Assembly (NCBI GenBank): GCA_963830915.1
Contig: CAWHOE010000051.1
Coordinates: forward strand, 1-64,000
Source: a candidate division FCPU426 bacterium
GTDB taxonomy: Bacteria > Oederibacteriota > Muellerivitia > Muellerivitales > Muellerivitaceae
Direction of reading: 5' to 3'
Length of the DNA: 64,000 nt
The position numbers and the translations under genes were made by a program. Within the stretch, counting starts at the first letter, position 1. Every line of letters starts with the position of its first letter. Under the pieces are notes generated by a model that was not told the DNA's origin, made no database searches, and worked only from the letters and a program-made list of their open reading frames with translations. Shown piece after piece: positions 29,100-38,827 of the stretch.

Positions 29100-30761
29100 A
29101 TGGACAAGCTCAAAAAAGTAGTGATCGTAGGCGGTGTGGCGGGTGGGGCATCCTGCGCGGCAAGGCTCAGGCGCCAAAGAGAAGACCTGGAGATCCTTCT
29201 GTTGGACCGAGGTAAATATGTCTCCTTCGCCAATTGCGGCTTGCCCTATTACGTCGGTGAAGTCATCACGGAGGAGAAGAAACTTTTGGTGGCCACGCCC
29301 GCTTTGTTCCGGGACAGGTTCAATATCCAGGTCAAGACGGATACGGATGTTTTGTCCATCGATCGGGCCAAGAAACTGCTATCCGTTAAAGACCTTTTGA
29401 CCGGGAAGATTTATTCCGAAAGCTATGACGCTCTCGTGCTTTCACCTGGCGCCAAACCTATCAAGCCCCCTTTGCCAGGCGTGGACTTGCCCGGCATCTT
29501 TACCCTGAGGAACATCCCCGATTCCCGCCTTATCCGCGAATGGATGAAAGAAAAGGACGTGAAGGACGCCCTGGTGGTGGGCGGGGGGTTCGTGGGGTTG
29601 GAGATGGCGGAGAACCTGGTCCACAAAGGTCTCCGTGTTACGCTCTTGGAAATGAGCTCCCAGGTCATGCCGCCCTTAGACCCGGAAATGGCCGAATCGG
29701 TCCATGAACGGTTAAGGCAAAGAGGCGTGGATTTGCGTTTGAACGATGGGGCGGCTTCCTTTGAGGAAACGGCCAATGGGCTTTTGGTCAAGACAAGATC
29801 GGGGGCTCAAATAAAAGCAGGCATGGTCATCCTCGCCATCGGTGTGCGGCCGGAAGCCACGCTGGCCAAAGAGGCGGGTTTGGCATTGGGGGCCTTGGGA
29901 GGCATCAAGGTCGATGACGAAATGCGCACCAGCGACCCTTCCATTTTCGCGGTGGGCGACGCGATCGAGGTAAAAACCTTGCCTTTGGGTGTCATCCGGC
30001 TTATTCCGCTGGCCGGGCCGGCCAACCGCCAGGGAAGGATCGCGGCGGACGTCATATCGGGCAAACCACGAAAGTTCCGCGGGGTCCAGGCCACGGCGGT
30101 TTGCGGGCTTTTCGGTTTGACGGCAGCCTTGACCGGTGAAAGCGAAAAAACCCTCAAGGCTTTTGGCTACAAAAATTACGCCGCTCTCTACCTGCATCCG
30201 GGCCATCATGTGGCCTATTACCCGGACGCCAAGCCCATCCTCATCAAACTTTTGTTCGACCGAACGAACGGGAAAGTCCTGGGGTTCCAGGCGGTGGGTG
30301 AGGAAGGCGTGGAAAAAAGGGTGGACGTGGTATCGGCCATGATCCAAATGGGGGCGACGGTCCAGGATATGGAAGAGGCGGAATTGTGCTACGCACCCCA
30401 ATTCGGCGCGGCCAAGGACCCGGTGAATTTGGCCGGTATGATCGCTTCCAACGTCATGAGGGGCGACCTGGAACTGGCCCCGTGGAACGACATTCAGCCG
30501 TCCGCGGATAAAGTGCTCTTGGATGTCCGTGACCCGGCGGAATATCAAACGGGCCATATCCCGGGAGCCATCAACATACCCTTGAACGAGTTGCGGCGCA
30601 GACTGGGGGAATTACCGAAAGATAAAGAAATCTGGGTCAACTGCAAAGTCGGTCAAAGGTCCTATTACGCCAATAGGGTTCTTTTACAAAATGGCTTTAA
30701 GGCTCGGAACCTCCCGGGGGGTTACCTTTCTTATCTGAGCTTTCACCCCAAAGAACAGTAG
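29100..30761 (+). CDS. CoA-disulfide/persulfide reductase with C-terminal rhodanese (CoADR-RHD, Npsr-like)
   Basis: GGVAGG, SFANCGLPY, ELCYAPQF, LDVR...CKVGQRS. Confidence 0.93.
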   Translation: MDKLKKVVIVGGVAGGASCAARLRRQREDLEILLLDRGKYVSFANCGLPYYVGEVITEEKKLLVATPALFRDRFNIQVKTDTDVLSIDRAKKLLSVKDLLTGKIYSESYDALVLSPGAKPIKPPLPGVDLPGIFTLRNIPDSRLIREWMKEKDVKDALVVGGGFVGLEMAENLVHKGLRVTLLEMSSQVMPPLDPEMAESVHERLRQRGVDLRLNDGAASFEETANGLLVKTRSGAQIKAGMVILAIGVRPEATLAKEAGLALGALGGIKVDDEMRTSDPSIFAVGDAIEVKTLPLGVIRLIPLAGPANRQGRIAADVISGKPRKFRGVQATAVCGLFGLTAALTGESEKTLKAFGYKNYAALYLHPGHHVAYYPDAKPILIKLLFDRTNGKVLGFQAVGEEGVEKRVDVVSAMIQMGATVQDMEEAELCYAPQFGAAKDPVNLAGMIASNVMRGDLELAPWNDIQPSADKVLLDVRDPAEYQTGHIPGAINIPLNELRRRLGELPKDKEIWVNCKVGQRSYYANRVLLQNGFKARNLPGGYLSYLSFHPKEQ

Positions 30762-30849
30762 ATCACTTAGCGATTGATGGATTGCCTTTTGAAAATAACG
30801 GTGATTTATCTGTGTTTTGCCGTTAAAGGCTCGAAAACCCGCCCACTAT

Positions 30850-30877
30850 GGAACCTTTTGCCATGTCAAACGTCTAA
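30850..30877 (+). promoter_or_regulatory. Putative ECF sigma promoter
   Basis: GGAAC-N16-CGTCTAA. Confidence 0.5.
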
Positions 30878-30956
30878 ATATTGATGAAGTTTTCGAGTAA
30901 AAGGCTCAAGCCGATCGAGACCTTGATTCATTTTTGGGTTACGCCGTAAAATTTGG

Positions 30957-31310
30957 TTGGGTTTTGACCGACGAATGGGATGCCGTGCAATGCGAAAAAA
31001 GATGAACAATCTGTTTCGGCTTTTCATGCTGGCGCTCTTACCGGCTTTGATCCTCCGGCCTGTCGTGATCTGCGCTCAAAATAGCGCGAGCAATGGACGA
31101 CAAGCGGGCGGTTCCCTGACTGTTGTTACTCAAAGCCTTTCGTCCTCGCAATCGTCTTTTGGCCATATCCAAAGAGAGGCCCCGGATGTGGCCGCTCTAA
31201 CACCCCGGTATTCCAAGGAGAAATATCTTTCTCCGAAGGATGACCGGGCAACTTCCGCCGTAAATTCCTGCCGTTACTCCCCTCAAAGTCCTCTCGTTCT
31301 AAGGATCTGA
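30957..31310 (+). CDS. Hypothetical protein (signal-peptide-like; start uncertain)
   Basis: ORF with a hydrophobic N-terminal segment. Confidence 0.35.
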   Translation: MGFDRRMGCRAMRKKMNNLFRLFMLALLPALILRPVVICAQNSASNGRQAGGSLTVVTQSLSSSQSSFGHIQREAPDVAALTPRYSKEKYLSPKDDRATSAVNSCRYSPQSPLVLRI

Positions 31311-31406
31311 TCGACCCTTTCGTGTAGTCCCGGGCCGGATTCCGTCTTGTCCGGACCACTTCGCGCGTTCCCACAACGCCCGAAAATTCCCACGAAAGGA
31401 GTAACC

Positions 31407-31757
31407 ATGAAAATCGATGACATCCTATTAGGAGCCTGTCTTTACGCGTTGATCATCCTGATCGGTTTTTCCGGGCCGAGCCTCAGGAAAATGGAATGGG
31501 GTTATTGGATCGACAAGATCGACGCGTTGGCCCATGACTATTTTTTCCCAACTGAAAAGACGCAGGCCTTGGGCGGACCGCCACCACCGTCAAAAGAAAT
31601 GCCCGCGATCGAACCGGGGACCGCGTTCATGCGGAAGCCCTCCAGGGTTGATCGGAACGTAAAAGAGGGTTTGATGGCTTCCCGCACTAAACCGAATAAA
31701 ACGGACTCGGTCCTTCCGAATAAATCCCCGATGAATATGGAGGTAAACCCTTTATGA
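31407..31757 (+). CDS. Hypothetical membrane-anchored protein
   Basis: AAGGAG RBS, N-terminal TM segment. Confidence 0.55.
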   Translation: MKIDDILLGACLYALIILIGFSGPSLRKMEWGYWIDKIDALAHDYFFPTEKTQALGGPPPPSKEMPAIEPGTAFMRKPSRVDRNVKEGLMASRTKPNKTDSVLPNKSPMNMEVNPL

Positions 31758-31843
31758 AAAGATTACAGGTCATTTCAAAAGGGATGATCCAACCCATCCG
31801 CGCCACCCGGTTGGAAAATGATAAGAAATGGAAAGGAGAAAAC

Positions 31844-32173
31844 ATGAGAACTGAAACACCAAAAATAGAGCCAGAAACTGACCGCGATACCTTTCGCGCT
31901 ATCTCGCTTTTCATGAAATGGTTCCTGAGGAATGGGGAACCAGCTAAAGAGGGCTATCTGGATATGTGGCTTTCGGCCCTCAAGGAGGCCAAAAAGGAGG
32001 ATAGGACCCAATGGAAGGCCTTTATCCGGCTGGATCTGGTCAGTTCCGCCCTGCCGACGCTCCGGTCGATCCTTGAAAGACCCTTGACCGATCCGGAAAG
32101 GACTTTTCTTGATGCCGCCGTGGAACAATTCATCGAGGAGAGTGTTCAGGGAAATGACCGAGTGAAGTCTTGA
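31844..32173 (+). CDS. Hypothetical protein
   Basis: AAGGAG RBS before ATG 31844. Confidence 0.55.
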   Translation: MRTETPKIEPETDRDTFRAISLFMKWFLRNGEPAKEGYLDMWLSALKEAKKEDRTQWKAFIRLDLVSSALPTLRSILERPLTDPERTFLDAAVEQFIEESVQGNDRVKS

Positions 32174-32196
32174 AGCTTCCCAAAAGGAGAGAAACC

Positions 32197-32628
32197 ATGT
32201 TGAAGACCATCGGAGGGTTTTGGTTATTAGGGTTGCCGCTTATTCTCGGAACGCTCTATGGATGCGGCGGTATGAAACGGATCCAAAACGCGGAGGTGTC
32301 CTCGAAACCGATGTCGAACGAGGCCGCTTCCGCGCCTAGCGCCGTTCCAAGATTATCTGGTCACTATATTGTCGAAAAGAACGACTGCCTGTGGAAGATC
32401 GCTGGTCAACCAAGGGTTTACGGAAATCCTTTCCAGTGGCCCATTCTTTTCAAGACCAACCGGGACGAGATCAAGGATCCAGACCTGATCTATCCGCGTC
32501 AAGTCTTGAAGGTCGAGGAAGGATGGGACAAGGAAACGAGGGATCGTGCCCGACAATTGGCAAAGGCTACGCCGAAATATGTGGCCCATGACAAGCCCAG
32601 GGAGACATTACCGGTCGATTACTTTTAG
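32197..32628 (+). CDS. LysM-domain lipoprotein
   Basis: Lipobox LYGC; YIVEKNDCLWKIA...IKDPDLIYPRQVL. Confidence 0.88.
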   Translation: MLKTIGGFWLLGLPLILGTLYGCGGMKRIQNAEVSSKPMSNEAASAPSAVPRLSGHYIVEKNDCLWKIAGQPRVYGNPFQWPILFKTNRDEIKDPDLIYPRQVLKVEEGWDKETRDRARQLAKATPKYVAHDKPRETLPVDYF

Positions 32629-32780
32629 CGTTTAAGGTTTTTGTCGGTTTTGGCACTGATTTTATCCCGGCAGTTTTATCCAACCCCGTCTGTCTGGGCG
32701 GGGAAAGGGGACGGGGAACGAACCGTCCGGCTGGATGGCTCGTTCCCTGAAGTTCAATTTTTAAAAAAAAGGGGGAAGTT

Positions 32781-32972
32781 ATGAAGAAGTTGCTCGCTTC
32801 GGTATTGACCATCATGTTCTTGGGGGTGATATCGGGACCGCTTTTCGCCCAAACACCCGCGCCGGAAAAGACGCCGGTCGCCAAGACCATGAAGCACAAG
32901 AAGACGCATAAGAAGAGGATGGAAAAAGCTAAAAAGGCCGCGACGCCAAGCACCACACCCACGGCCAAATAA
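32781..32972 (+). CDS. Small secreted Lys/Ala-rich protein
   Basis: Signal peptide followed by a basic low-complexity tail; purine-rich RBS. Confidence 0.7.
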   Translation: MKKLLASVLTIMFLGVISGPLFAQTPAPEKTPVAKTMKHKKTHKKRMEKAKKAATPSTTPTAK

Positions 32973-33026
32973 AGAGGTTGTCCGGTCCCCGGGGTTTACC
33001 CGGGGACTAGACCCAAGGATCCCAGG

Positions 33027-33218
33027 ATGGAATGCAAGCAAATCCAAAGTCTTTATAAACCGTACCTATCAGGCCAATTGCCGCCAGATCAAGCGGCGTT
33101 CTTTAAGGAACATATCGGCGACTGTCCCGATTGTTTCTTGATGGATCTTGAGAAGCGAATGGCTTTCGTGGAGGAAAAAACGGGAATCGTCCTGAATGAT
33201 CAGGCGCGTTCGCGTTGA
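33027..33218 (+). CDS. zf-HC2 (anti-sigma-type zinc finger) small protein
   Basis: MECKQIQSL...YLSGQL...HIGDCPDC. Confidence 0.75.
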   Translation: MECKQIQSLYKPYLSGQLPPDQAAFFKEHIGDCPDCFLMDLEKRMAFVEEKTGIVLNDQARSR

Positions 33219-33277
33219 CCCGATCTAGTCGCTCCGAAAAATAATTAGCGGAAAGAAAACAAGGGAAGAGGGAATAC

Positions 33278-33829
33278 ATGGGAAAAAGGACACAGACCAA
33301 CATTACGATCACGGACCGAGAATTGGTCATACGAAAGATTTTTAACGCGCCTCGGGAAGAGGTGTTCAAGGCTTGGACGGCACTGGAATACCTGGCGGAT
33401 TGGTGGGGACCCAAAGGTTACGTATTGAGGGAGGGACGGTTGAAATTCAAACCGGGCTGTGTTTTTCATTACGGACTGAAACAACCGAATTGGCCCGGGT
33501 TGTTGTGGGGAAAATTGGTTTATCAAGAGATCGTCCCGCCAGTGAAGATCATCTACACCAGTTCATATTCCGATGAGTTTGGGAATGCCATACGACATCC
33601 CTTCATTCCCACTTGGCCCATGCAAACCGTTAGTAAGGTGATCCTTTTGGAAAATGCCGGGAAGACTTTCCTGACCCTGAAGATCGGACCGCAATACGCG
33701 ACGGACAAGGAATACATGACCTTCCAGAACCGGATGGGCGAAGTGAGAAAGGAATTCGAAGAGATTCTTTTGAAGCTCGATGAACATTTGACGAATCACC
33801 GAGCGGTCAATGTTTCCCGGACGTCATGA
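33278..33829 (+). CDS. SRPBCC/AHSA1 domain protein
   Basis: ELVIRKIFNAPREEVFKAWT...WWGPKG. Confidence 0.88.
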   Translation: MGKRTQTNITITDRELVIRKIFNAPREEVFKAWTALEYLADWWGPKGYVLREGRLKFKPGCVFHYGLKQPNWPGLLWGKLVYQEIVPPVKIIYTSSYSDEFGNAIRHPFIPTWPMQTVSKVILLENAGKTFLTLKIGPQYATDKEYMTFQNRMGEVRKEFEEILLKLDEHLTNHRAVNVSRTS

Positions 33830-33946
33830 ATGGGATCCGTGATTTTACGCTTGGAAGGGGACTGTGGTGGTAGGCGAGGAATTCGATGGGAAGTGGGATC
33901 GAAGCCTCTTGGTAATATCGGCTCAGATCCTTTTGGGAGGTTCGCG

Positions 33947-35299
33947 ATGAAAAAAATTGCGTTGGCCCTGTTGATGGTTCTTTTGGTGTCCGGAGGCAAA
34001 GCCCTGGCTTTCAGGGGAGGAGGCGGAACGAGTGGCGGAGGAAGTTGGGGGGGCGGGGGAACCAATAACGGTGGTGGATGGAGTGGTGGAGGAGCAAGCG
34101 GCGACCGAGGTGGAGGAGGTAGTTGGAATAGCGGGGGGACCGTAGGGAGTAGCCGAGGAACTGGAGGAAGTTGGAGCGGAAGCGGAAGGGTTTCCTCTGG
34201 TGGAAGTTACCACAATAACGGGAGCCGTTGGGGCAGCGGTAGGTCCTATTCTTCCGGTTGGGGGTTGAGGAATGGCGGCAATGTCTACTCTCATCACGCC
34301 TGGAATGGGGCTTGGAGCAGGAATAACGGAGGGTTCGGGACCGCCCAGCACCACTTTCAACGGGCCAACAGTTTCAATGGCTATCAAGGTTGGGGTGGGG
34401 GAAATAAGAGTGCCCAAGGGCTCCATCATTTCACGGCTTCGAATAGCCGGCCGACATTGAAAAGTAGTTCCGCCAGGCCTCAGGCATTGGCCAACAGGTC
34501 CATCCTACCCAACTCTTTGCGGCATAGCTCACCCGCCATTCCTGCTCGTTCCCCATCCGGACATGGCTTTTCGGCGCGGTCCGTTCCTCCCAGCAATATG
34601 AGCTCTTCTGAGGTGAAAGGCCGGATGGCGACCGTCGCCGGGGATAAGGCGTTCCTGGGCCGATTCGGGATCAACAGTCAATATCGGCCCAACCATTACT
34701 ATTGGAACAATTGGAATGGTAACAATTATTGCTTTTACCGCGACGGCTGGGGAGGCGATTGGTGCGGGTGGAATTGCGGGGCTGGTTTTTTCTGGACCCA
34801 GTATTACTGCGGAAACTGGTGGTGGGAGGATCCCTGGACGGATAACTGGTGCTATTGGAACGCCGGTAATTGGTGCTGGCAGAACCCCGTGAATACCAAC
34901 GTTTACGTCTATGAAAACGGTAATTACGTGCCGGCCAATGGGGACAACGGCTATGTCCAAGATCAAGGGAATAACGGGTATCAATCGGCACCGGTTAACA
35001 ATGAAACACAGATGGAAAGTTACAACAGCCCTACGGACCGTCAGAACCTGACTTCCGAGGAAGGCGAGATCATCTTTCAAAGCGAACATAACAGCCGATT
35101 CGTGAAATTGGTGGGTAATAACAAGGACGCCTTTTTGTTTGACGCGGTCAAGGGGTCGTTCCGCCCTGTTTTCCTGGAAACGAACGTACAGGGAGTCCGG
35201 TTCACCGGTTCGGGGAAGAACATGAAGATCCAATTGACCCTTCAGGACGGAGCGGTGGAAATTTTCAAGGCGGATGGAAGTATGGTGGACGGTGCTTGA
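33947..35299 (+). CDS. Secreted Gly/Ser-rich protein with a Trp/Tyr/Cys-rich domain
   Basis: GGAGG RBS, signal peptide, GGGSW repeats, aromatic-rich core; paralogue of 38828-40183. Confidence 0.8.
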   Translation: MKKIALALLMVLLVSGGKALAFRGGGGTSGGGSWGGGGTNNGGGWSGGGASGDRGGGGSWNSGGTVGSSRGTGGSWSGSGRVSSGGSYHNNGSRWGSGRSYSSGWGLRNGGNVYSHHAWNGAWSRNNGGFGTAQHHFQRANSFNGYQGWGGGNKSAQGLHHFTASNSRPTLKSSSARPQALANRSILPNSLRHSSPAIPARSPSGHGFSARSVPPSNMSSSEVKGRMATVAGDKAFLGRFGINSQYRPNHYYWNNWNGNNYCFYRDGWGGDWCGWNCGAGFFWTQYYCGNWWWEDPWTDNWCYWNAGNWCWQNPVNTNVYVYENGNYVPANGDNGYVQDQGNNGYQSAPVNNETQMESYNSPTDRQNLTSEEGEIIFQSEHNSRFVKLVGNNKDAFLFDAVKGSFRPVFLETNVQGVRFTGSGKNMKIQLTLQDGAVEIFKADGSMVDGA

Positions 35300-35345
35300 G
35301 CGTAACCGCGATCAGGGATGTTTTTCAAAGGTAAAGGAGTGGGAC

Positions 35346-35519
35346 ATGAAAAAAGAAGACGAAAAACAACCGAAGCCGAACCTGGAGGCGTTCTGGAGTG
35401 AGATCAGCCAAAGGGCGGAAGAAATATATAAAAAGAGGATCGCGGACGGCAAGTCGGGGGACCAGTTATCGGATTGGTATCAGGCGGAAAAAGAAACCAA
35501 GAAAAAATACGGCTTGTGA
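35346..35519 (+). CDS. DUF2934-like small protein
   Basis: EISQRAEEIY...G...DWYQAEKE; AAGGAG RBS. Confidence 0.75.
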   Translation: MKKEDEKQPKPNLEAFWSEISQRAEEIYKKRIADGKSGDQLSDWYQAEKETKKKYGL

Positions 35520-35543
35520 TCTGAAAAACCATTTGGAGGAAAT

Positions 35544-36506
35544 ATGAAAATAATTATCTGTCTGTTTTTAATGTGTCTGTTCGTGGTTCCGGTTTTCGCA
35601 GTGGATGATACAGCCTGTGGTCTCATCGCGATGGGACAGATCGGTTTGAGCGGGATCAACCAAAGGATCATGAAAGAACACCCGGATAAAAAAGGGGTTT
35701 ATTGGAATATCGTCGGCACAGCCTATCACGACTTTTCAAAGGTCCCTAAAAGCGATGTGATCATCGGCCTCAGCGGATATCGGGATGTGGGTGTGATCTA
35801 CAACGGCGGACGACAGATGGTCGAGGACGCCGGAGCGGGGTTCGCTTATTTCCATAAGGCGAAGGATGATTGGAAGTTGATCCAAGTGGAATTGACGGAT
35901 GGGAAGAAATACAAAGGTTTCGAGGGCGCGGATCTCATTTCGCAGGGGATCGACCAATTAGTGATCTATTCCTCGGCTGGCGCAACGCAAATAGCGGATG
36001 TCTATGTCTTTAACGCCGAAGGGAAATTCACGAATGTGGCGGCTTTGCGAGGTTTTGGGGAAGGCCCGCTGGTCACCCGTGAACATGGGCAAGCCCTCAT
36101 GGTGGATTTTCAAAGGGCCATGGTCAAAACGGGGGATGAGTTCCAGATCTATTACGGACGGCCCTATCGATGGACCGGAAGTGAATTCCTCGAGGATAAG
36201 GATGAGTTCTTGAACCTGATCCAAGCCTACGATCCGCTTCATCCACTCAATGATCATTCCTTGAAGGATCTGATTTTCTGTGAGAACTACCTTACCTATC
36301 ATCCGAAAGACTTTTGCGTTCTTGCTGATTGTTACGACTTGAGTCGACGATTAGGTTTGAAAGATAAGGTGGATAAATATCGAGGACAATTGCTCGATAT
36401 GAAAGACCAACCGGTCGATTGCCATTTTTGCGACGATTGGCTCGCTGGTAAGAACAAGGCGGCTCAACAGCTATATTTAGAATTGCTGTCATCCAAAAGA
36501 AAATAA
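35544..36506 (+). CDS. Hypothetical exported protein
   Basis: GGAGG RBS, signal peptide, 320 aa. Confidence 0.75.
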   Translation: MKIIICLFLMCLFVVPVFAVDDTACGLIAMGQIGLSGINQRIMKEHPDKKGVYWNIVGTAYHDFSKVPKSDVIIGLSGYRDVGVIYNGGRQMVEDAGAGFAYFHKAKDDWKLIQVELTDGKKYKGFEGADLISQGIDQLVIYSSAGATQIADVYVFNAEGKFTNVAALRGFGEGPLVTREHGQALMVDFQRAMVKTGDEFQIYYGRPYRWTGSEFLEDKDEFLNLIQAYDPLHPLNDHSLKDLIFCENYLTYHPKDFCVLADCYDLSRRLGLKDKVDKYRGQLLDMKDQPVDCHFCDDWLAGKNKAAQQLYLELLSSKRK

Positions 36507-36675
36507 CGGCTGGATTTTAACGGTTCAAGATATGTGTTAATCCGTTTTCCCAAAACCCATCCGTTTTCTGCTTGTCTAAAATCGATTTGACAATTTATTA
36601 ATGTTTCCCGAAGGATCATCTATCAGATGCTTGATAGGTGGAGGGGAATCCTATCCACGTCGGAAGGAGACTCCT

Positions 36676-38022
36676 ATGTCAGTAGACCTGATAGATAGAC
36701 CCTCGTCGGAATCTGAAGATAGTTCCCAAAAGAAAACTCAGTCCATCTTGGCGGAAATCCCACTCAAGAACATCCGGCCTAACCCCGACAACCCCGGGCC
36801 GGCCATCACCGACGATATGGTCCTGGACATGGCGACCAACATCGAGGAGGTGGGGCTGAAGAACCCTATCAAGGTCATGGCGGACAAGAACAGCTCCCAG
36901 GGCGCTACAGAGAGCACTTACATCATCCTAGGCGGGGAATTGAGGTATCGGGCTTTTCTAAAGCTGGGTAAGGCGACCATCCCGGCCTTTATCCTGGACC
37001 CCACCCCCGAAGAAGCTGTCATCATCACCTATACGGACAATGCCGTTCGGGATAGGGGCTGGTGGGCGGACTACCAGACCATTGAGAACCTCATTAAGGC
37101 CAACCCGGACCTGTCCCAAAGGCAGGTCGCGACCAAATTGAAGATGGATCTGGTAAAAGTTAATTGGGCGCTCCAGCTGTTACCCCTCCTAAACCCAGAG
37201 GCGAGAGGGTTAATTGTTTGGAATCCAAACAATTCAAATAAGGGAATTCTGGGTATTTCAGAGGTCGCGGCCTACCAATTGACCCGCTTAGGCCCTGGGA
37301 CGGGTCTAAAGCCGGGGGTTAAGCCCAAGGCCCTGCCGGAAGGTGAGGAAGCCCAGAAGCTCTGGCCCTACCCCCCCATCCCACCCGAAACCCAGGACCT
37401 GGTCCGCCGGGCCTTGGAGGTGGCTATCGACCATAAGATGACCGAAGCCCAGGTGAAGGGCCTGGTAGCCCATATTCAATCAGGGAACCAGCCGGAAGAT
37501 TACACCCCTCATAAGGCTGTAAAGCCAAAAGCATCTTCAGGCGAAGAGGCTCTCCATAAGCCGCTTCATGTCCACGACTTAATAGCTCAGAAGGCCAAGG
37601 AGGTAGTCGCCAAGTTACAGGTTAAGCCGGAAGAACCTATGGATGAACCTCCTGGGGATAGTCTCAAGCCTGCCAGCCATCATAGCCATGGAACCGGAAC
37701 CGCTAAATCAAGTCCTGGGAGGGTGTTGTCTCCCGTTTTGAACGTCCTGGGCGTTCTAGGGTTTTGGCTGATTGTTAAACCCACTTATTGGGTTTGGAAG
37801 CAGATCCTCAAGGTGGTATCCAGGTTCCTACAGCACCCAGGCAATTTCATGAAGAAACTGGTAGTGGGTACCTTCGTATTCATCTTTTGGACGGCCTTGG
37901 CGTGCCTTTTGTACGTGGTCCTTCATTGGAGTTGGACCCATTACGGGCGGGCTGGGTATGAGAAGTATGTTCGACCAGAATTGCCTTGGGCTGAGTCAAC
38001 CTCTGTTCCGAACACAATCTGA
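36676..38022 (+). CDS. ParB/Srx N-terminal domain protein with HTH and C-terminal TM segments
   Basis: IPLKNIRPNPDNP, GLKNPIKV, ILGGELRYRA, LSQRQVATKL; hydrophobic C-terminus. Confidence 0.8.
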   Translation: MSVDLIDRPSSESEDSSQKKTQSILAEIPLKNIRPNPDNPGPAITDDMVLDMATNIEEVGLKNPIKVMADKNSSQGATESTYIILGGELRYRAFLKLGKATIPAFILDPTPEEAVIITYTDNAVRDRGWWADYQTIENLIKANPDLSQRQVATKLKMDLVKVNWALQLLPLLNPEARGLIVWNPNNSNKGILGISEVAAYQLTRLGPGTGLKPGVKPKALPEGEEAQKLWPYPPIPPETQDLVRRALEVAIDHKMTEAQVKGLVAHIQSGNQPEDYTPHKAVKPKASSGEEALHKPLHVHDLIAQKAKEVVAKLQVKPEEPMDEPPGDSLKPASHHSHGTGTAKSSPGRVLSPVLNVLGVLGFWLIVKPTYWVWKQILKVVSRFLQHPGNFMKKLVVGTFVFIFWTALACLLYVVLHWSWTHYGRAGYEKYVRPELPWAESTSVPNTI

Positions 38023-38614
38023 GGAACACGCCTTGAGTGTGCCAATATCCGGAGAGGGTATTGGTGCATCTGTCCCGAAACCTCAAGTTGAGGGCGCTGA
38101 TTCCTCTATGGAATCAGCACACCCAAGTCTTGGGTCTCAACTTGTGGTTTCGACCCAGGGGCAAGGTGTGAGTGTGCCAATATCAAATGTAGATATTGGC
38201 ATCCCCGAGGAGCTGAAGGGAAGGGTCGCCAATGACGCTGGCATCGCCATGGCTTTCGCCGTGAACTTCTACGGGGTTTCGGATGATGTCCCCTCCGACC
38301 AGTTGAAATACATGGACGACTATACGAATGAAAATTACACCAAGGACTTTTTCAAGGAATTCTTCCCCAAGGAAAAGTTAAAGGAGATCCGGTCTCAAAA
38401 ACTGAACCTGTTCTTCCAGCCTTCCAAACCCCCGAAAGTCTTGAAGTTGGACAAGGACTCGGGTGAGTATTTGGTGGAAGGGGTGGAGACGACCGTGAGC
38501 GAAAAGGGCAAAACAAAACAAATCGTTTCCGAAAGACCGGTTGGCTTGATCATTGATTTTGATGACCGCCCTTCCGCTAATGGCGGCATCGTCAAAGTGA
38601 CCGAGGTGAAGTGA
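37958..38614 (+). CDS. Hypothetical protein, possibly the frameshifted C-terminal part of the ParB-TM protein
   Basis: Overlapping ORF without a clear RBS; SVP repeats shared with the end of the upstream ORF. Confidence 0.55.
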   Translation: MRSMFDQNCLGLSQPLFRTQSEEHALSVPISGEGIGASVPKPQVEGADSSMESAHPSLGSQLVVSTQGQGVSVPISNVDIGIPEELKGRVANDAGIAMAFAVNFYGVSDDVPSDQLKYMDDYTNENYTKDFFKEFFPKEKLKEIRSQKLNLFFQPSKPPKVLKLDKDSGEYLVEGVETTVSEKGKTKQIVSERPVGLIIDFDDRPSANGGIVKVTEVK

Positions 38615-38741
38615 AAAATACGGATTCCGTAAAGGGGCAAAAAGTAAAACGAGGACAGGCCCTTTTTTGTTCCGTGAATAATCCGGCGAGATGGATTTAT
38701 GCGAACGCCTTTCTAATAGGCCTGTTTCCTGTCATTTATTT

Positions 38742-38770
38742 TTAACCGAAATAGGTTCTGGTTCGTCTAA
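38742..38770 (+). promoter_or_regulatory. Putative ECF sigma promoter
   Basis: TTAAC-N17-CGTCTAA, the same -10 element as at 30871. Confidence 0.4.
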
Positions 38771-38827
38771 TCTATAATGACGAAAAGGCTTCGGCCTTTA
38801 AGTACATTCAATCAGGAGAGATAACCG

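Noticed and set aside
32714..32747. Hairpin GGGAACGA...TCGTTCCC sharing GGGAACGAAC with the sulfate leader
   Set aside because: It lacks the rest of the motif and the coupled terminator; probably an ordinary intergenic stem.
34010..34400. GGN-rich repeats as a CRISPR array or DNA-level repeat
   Set aside because: They are explained by Gly/Ser codons in a protein; there is no repeat-spacer periodicity and no cas gene.
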